A stretch of DNA of 64,000 nucleotides, from the NCBI RefSeq assembly GCF_009914755.1, contig NC_060930.1; one strand, written 5' to 3'. The position numbers and the translations under genes are program-made. The stretch comes from the human T2T-CHM13v2.0 reference genome, Homo sapiens. The notes beneath the pieces were generated by a model. The model ran no database searches. It was not told the DNA's origin and worked only from the letters and a program-made list of their open reading frames with translations. Positions 60,794-64,000 of this stretch are shown one piece after another (position 1 is the stretch's first letter; every line of letters starts with the position of its first letter).

Positions 60794-63700
60794 CACATTT
60801 TCTTTATCAATTCATCCACTGATAGACATTTATGTTTGTTCATTCCATATCTTGGTTATTGTCAATAGTGCTGCAATAAACATGAGAGTGCAGATATCTT
60901 TTTGACATACGGATTTTATTTCTTTTGGATATAATACCCAGTAGCGGGATTGCTAGACCTTATGATAATACTATTTTTAATATTTTGAGAAACCTTTACA
61001 CCATACTGTTTTCCATTATCGCTGTATTAATTTACAACTCCAATTCCACCAGTAGTGTGTAGGGTTTCCTTGTCTTCACCTTCTCCCCAACATTTGTTAC
61101 ATTTGGATTTTGTAATAGTATCCATTCTAACAGAAGTAAGGGGTATCTCATTTTAATTTTGATTTGAATTTTTCTGGTGATTAATAATGTTGAGCATTTT
61201 TTCATATGTCTCCTGTTCATTTGTATGTCTTCATTTGAGAAATCTCTATTCAGCTCTTTTGATCATTTCTTAATAAGGTTATTTTTGTTGTTCTTGAATT
61301 ATTTAAATTCCTTATATATTTTGGATATTAATCCCTTATCAAACATATAGTTTGCATATATATTCTCTCATTTTGTAGGTTATCTCTTTGCTCTGTTGAT
61401 TTTTTCCTTTTCTGTGCAGAGGCTTTTTAGTTTGATGTAATCCCATTTGTTTGTATTTGCTGCCTATGTCTTTGTGTATATTTTGTTGCTTTTCAGGATA
61501 CTTTTGACTTCTTATCCAAAAAATCCCTGCCTAGGCCAATGTCATGGAGCTTTCCCCCTACTTTCTCCTAGTACTTTTGTAGTTTCAGTTCTTATATTTA
61601 AGTCTTTAATCCATTCAGAGTTGATTTTTGTATATGGTGAGAGTTAAGAATCTAGTTTGATTCTTCTGCATGTCGATATCCAGTTTCCTCATCACCATTT
61701 ATCGAGGGGTCTCTCCTTTCTCCTTTACACATACTTGGCATTTTTTGCCCAAAATAAGTGGACTGTAGATGTGTGGGTTAATTTATAAACTTTCTATTCT
61801 GTTCCATTGGTCTATGTTTCTGTTTTTATGCCAGTACCTGCTGTTTTGGTTACTATAGCATTGTAGTACGTTTCACAATAAGGTAGTGTGCTACCACCAG
61901 CTTTGTTGTTTTTGCTCAGAATTGCTTTGGCTATTTGGGGTCTTTTTTGGTCCATACGAATTATATGATTGTTTTTTTCTCTGTTTCTATGAAGAATGCC
62001 ATTGGTATTTTGATGGAGATTGCATTGAATCTGAAAATATTCTATATGTTTTCTACATCTGAAAAAGAAATAAAGAAAGCAATCCCTTTCACAATAGCTA
62101 TGAAATAAATAAAATACCTAGGAAGAAATTTAACCAAGAAAGTAAAAGGAGCTCTACAATGAACAATATAAAACACCGATGAAAGATATATAATGAAATT
62201 CTCATCAATGAAAGACTGCACATACAAAGGTGGTCCCATAAGCTTATAATGGAGCCGTCCTATGCAGGTATATAATTTTTAATCTTTTATATCATATTTT
62301 TCCTGTACCTTTTCTATGTTTAGATACACAAATACTATTGTGTTACAACTGTCTACAGTATTAAGTACAGTAACATGTTCTATGGTTGTGTAGCCTATTA
62401 ACAAATATAGTCTACATATTTAGAAGACTATATCAACTAAGTTTATGTAAGTATTCTTCATGATGTTTTCACAATGAAGAAATCACCTAACAATGCACTT
62501 CTTAACTTATCCCCATCATTAAGGGACATATAACTGTATATGATCATGTTGTCTCCAAACAGGGACAATCTAACTTTCTCATTTCTAATTTGTATACCTT
62601 TTATTTCTTTTTCTTGCCTGACCGCTCTGGCTAGAACTTCCAGTACTATGATGAATGAAAGTAATACAAGTGGACATTCTTGTCTTGTTCCTGATCTTAG
62701 AGAGAAAGTTTTCAGCTTTTCCCTGTTGGCTATGATGTTAGCTGTGGGTCTATTTTATACAGAATTTATTACATTGAGGTGCATTCCTTCTATTACTAAC
62801 TTGTTGAAAGCGTCTATCATAAAGGGATGTGGAATTTTATCAAATGTTTTTTTATTCATCTATTCGGATGATCATATAATTTATGTTCTTCATTCTCGTC
62901 ATGTGCTGTATCACATTTATTGATTTGCGTATATTGAACCATACGTATCCCTGGGATGAATCCCATTTGATCATGATGAATAATCTTTTTGACGTGCTTT
63001 TGGATTTGGTTTGCTAGTATTTTGGTGGGGATTTTTTGCATCTATGTTCATCATGAATACTGGTCTGCGGTTCTGTTTTGTATCCTTGTCTCATTTTGAA
63101 ACCAGGGCAAAGCTGGTCTAATAGAATCAATTTAGAAGAATTCCCTTTGTTTCAGTTTTTTGTTGTTGTTGTTAAAACAATTTGAGAATAATTGATACCA
63201 GTTCTTCTTTAAAAGTTTGGTAGCATTCAGCAGTGAAGCCTTCTGGTCCTAGATTTTTCTTTGATGGGAGACTTTTTATTTCTTATTAATTTTCATTCAT
63301 TTTTGGTCTTATAAGATTATCTATTTATTCATGATTCAATCTTGGTCAGCTCTATGTGTCCAGGAACTTATGCATTTCTTCTAGCTTTTCCAATATGTGG
63401 GGGTATAATTGTTCACAATAGTCTCTAGTGATTCTTTGTATTTCTAAGGTGTCAGTTTTAATGATTTATTTTTTATCTCTGATTTTATTTATCGGAGTCT
63501 TCTCATTTTCTTAGGCTTGCTAAAGGTTAGTCAATTTTGTTTATCTTTTCAAAAAACCGGGTTTTCATTTAATTGATTTTTTTGTATAGATTTAAAAAAT
63601 CTCTATTTCACTTATCTCTGCTCTTATCTTTATTATTTCTTTCTGTTTATTTGGGTTTGGTACATTCTTGTTTTTCTAGTTCCTTGAGCTGCAACATTAG

Positions 63701-64000
63701 GTTGTTTATTTTATTTTATTTTTTTCTGATATAGGCATTACAACAAAAGTAGTTTCAAGAGGGAAGTTTATAACACCTAAGTGAATGCTATAATTTTGGG
63801 AGTACTATAGATTTGGGAAGGATGTGTTTCCATTTTCATTTATCTCAGTAAATATTTTAATTTCTTCTTTAATTTCTTCATTTACCTATTGGTTGGTCAG
63901 AAGCATGTTTTTAAATTTCCATGTATTGGTATAGTTTCCTAAGTTCTTATTGATTTCTAGTTTTATTGCATTGTGGTTAGAAAAGATACCTGATATAATT
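60235..64000 (-). mobile_element. L1MA (MA4/5-like) with (TG)n at ~60750-60790, an internal inversion and a Tigger3 insertion; runs off the window
   Basis: 3' end acataataattatacatatt...gtaatgatcaaatcagggtaattagc; ORF2 remnants such as [25 protein letters not shown]. Confidence 0.88.
62190..62536 (+). mobile_element. Tigger3/Golem (MER7-like) DNA transposon with clipped left TIR
   Basis: gactgcacatacaaaggtggtcccataagcttataatggag...ccccatcattaagggacatataactg followed by TA. Confidence 0.85.

Overview
Primate (almost certainly human/hominid) intronic DNA, AT-rich and roughly half made of transposable elements. The only host coding sequence I can support is one 117-nt, phase 0-0 exon on the minus strand (14762-14878). 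It encodes [39 protein letters not shown], the KH-domain GxxG segment of the STAR protein KHDRBS2/SLM-1 (probably exon 3). The large ORFs in the track (1031, 421, 296, 249, 158, 157 aa) are all LINE-1 ORF1/ORF2 remnants. The rest is L1 of many ages, three Alus, MaLR/ERV solo LTRs, MER1/Tigger DNA transposons, MIR/L2 relics and microsatellites. I find no evidence for a new gene system. The most notable unexplained structures are: (i) a 65-bp, 62/65-identical inverted repeat of apparently non-TE sequence 1.15 kb apart; (ii) a duplicated (CA)n + CTCF-like module ~1 kb apart; (iii) three independent 5'-inverted (twin-primed) L1s within ~16 kb; (iv) a young L1 nested in nearly the homologous position of an old L1, giving a chimeric ORF; (v) several complex repair junctions. 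Repeat subfamily names come from recalled consensus features, and boundaries of old repeats are approximate.
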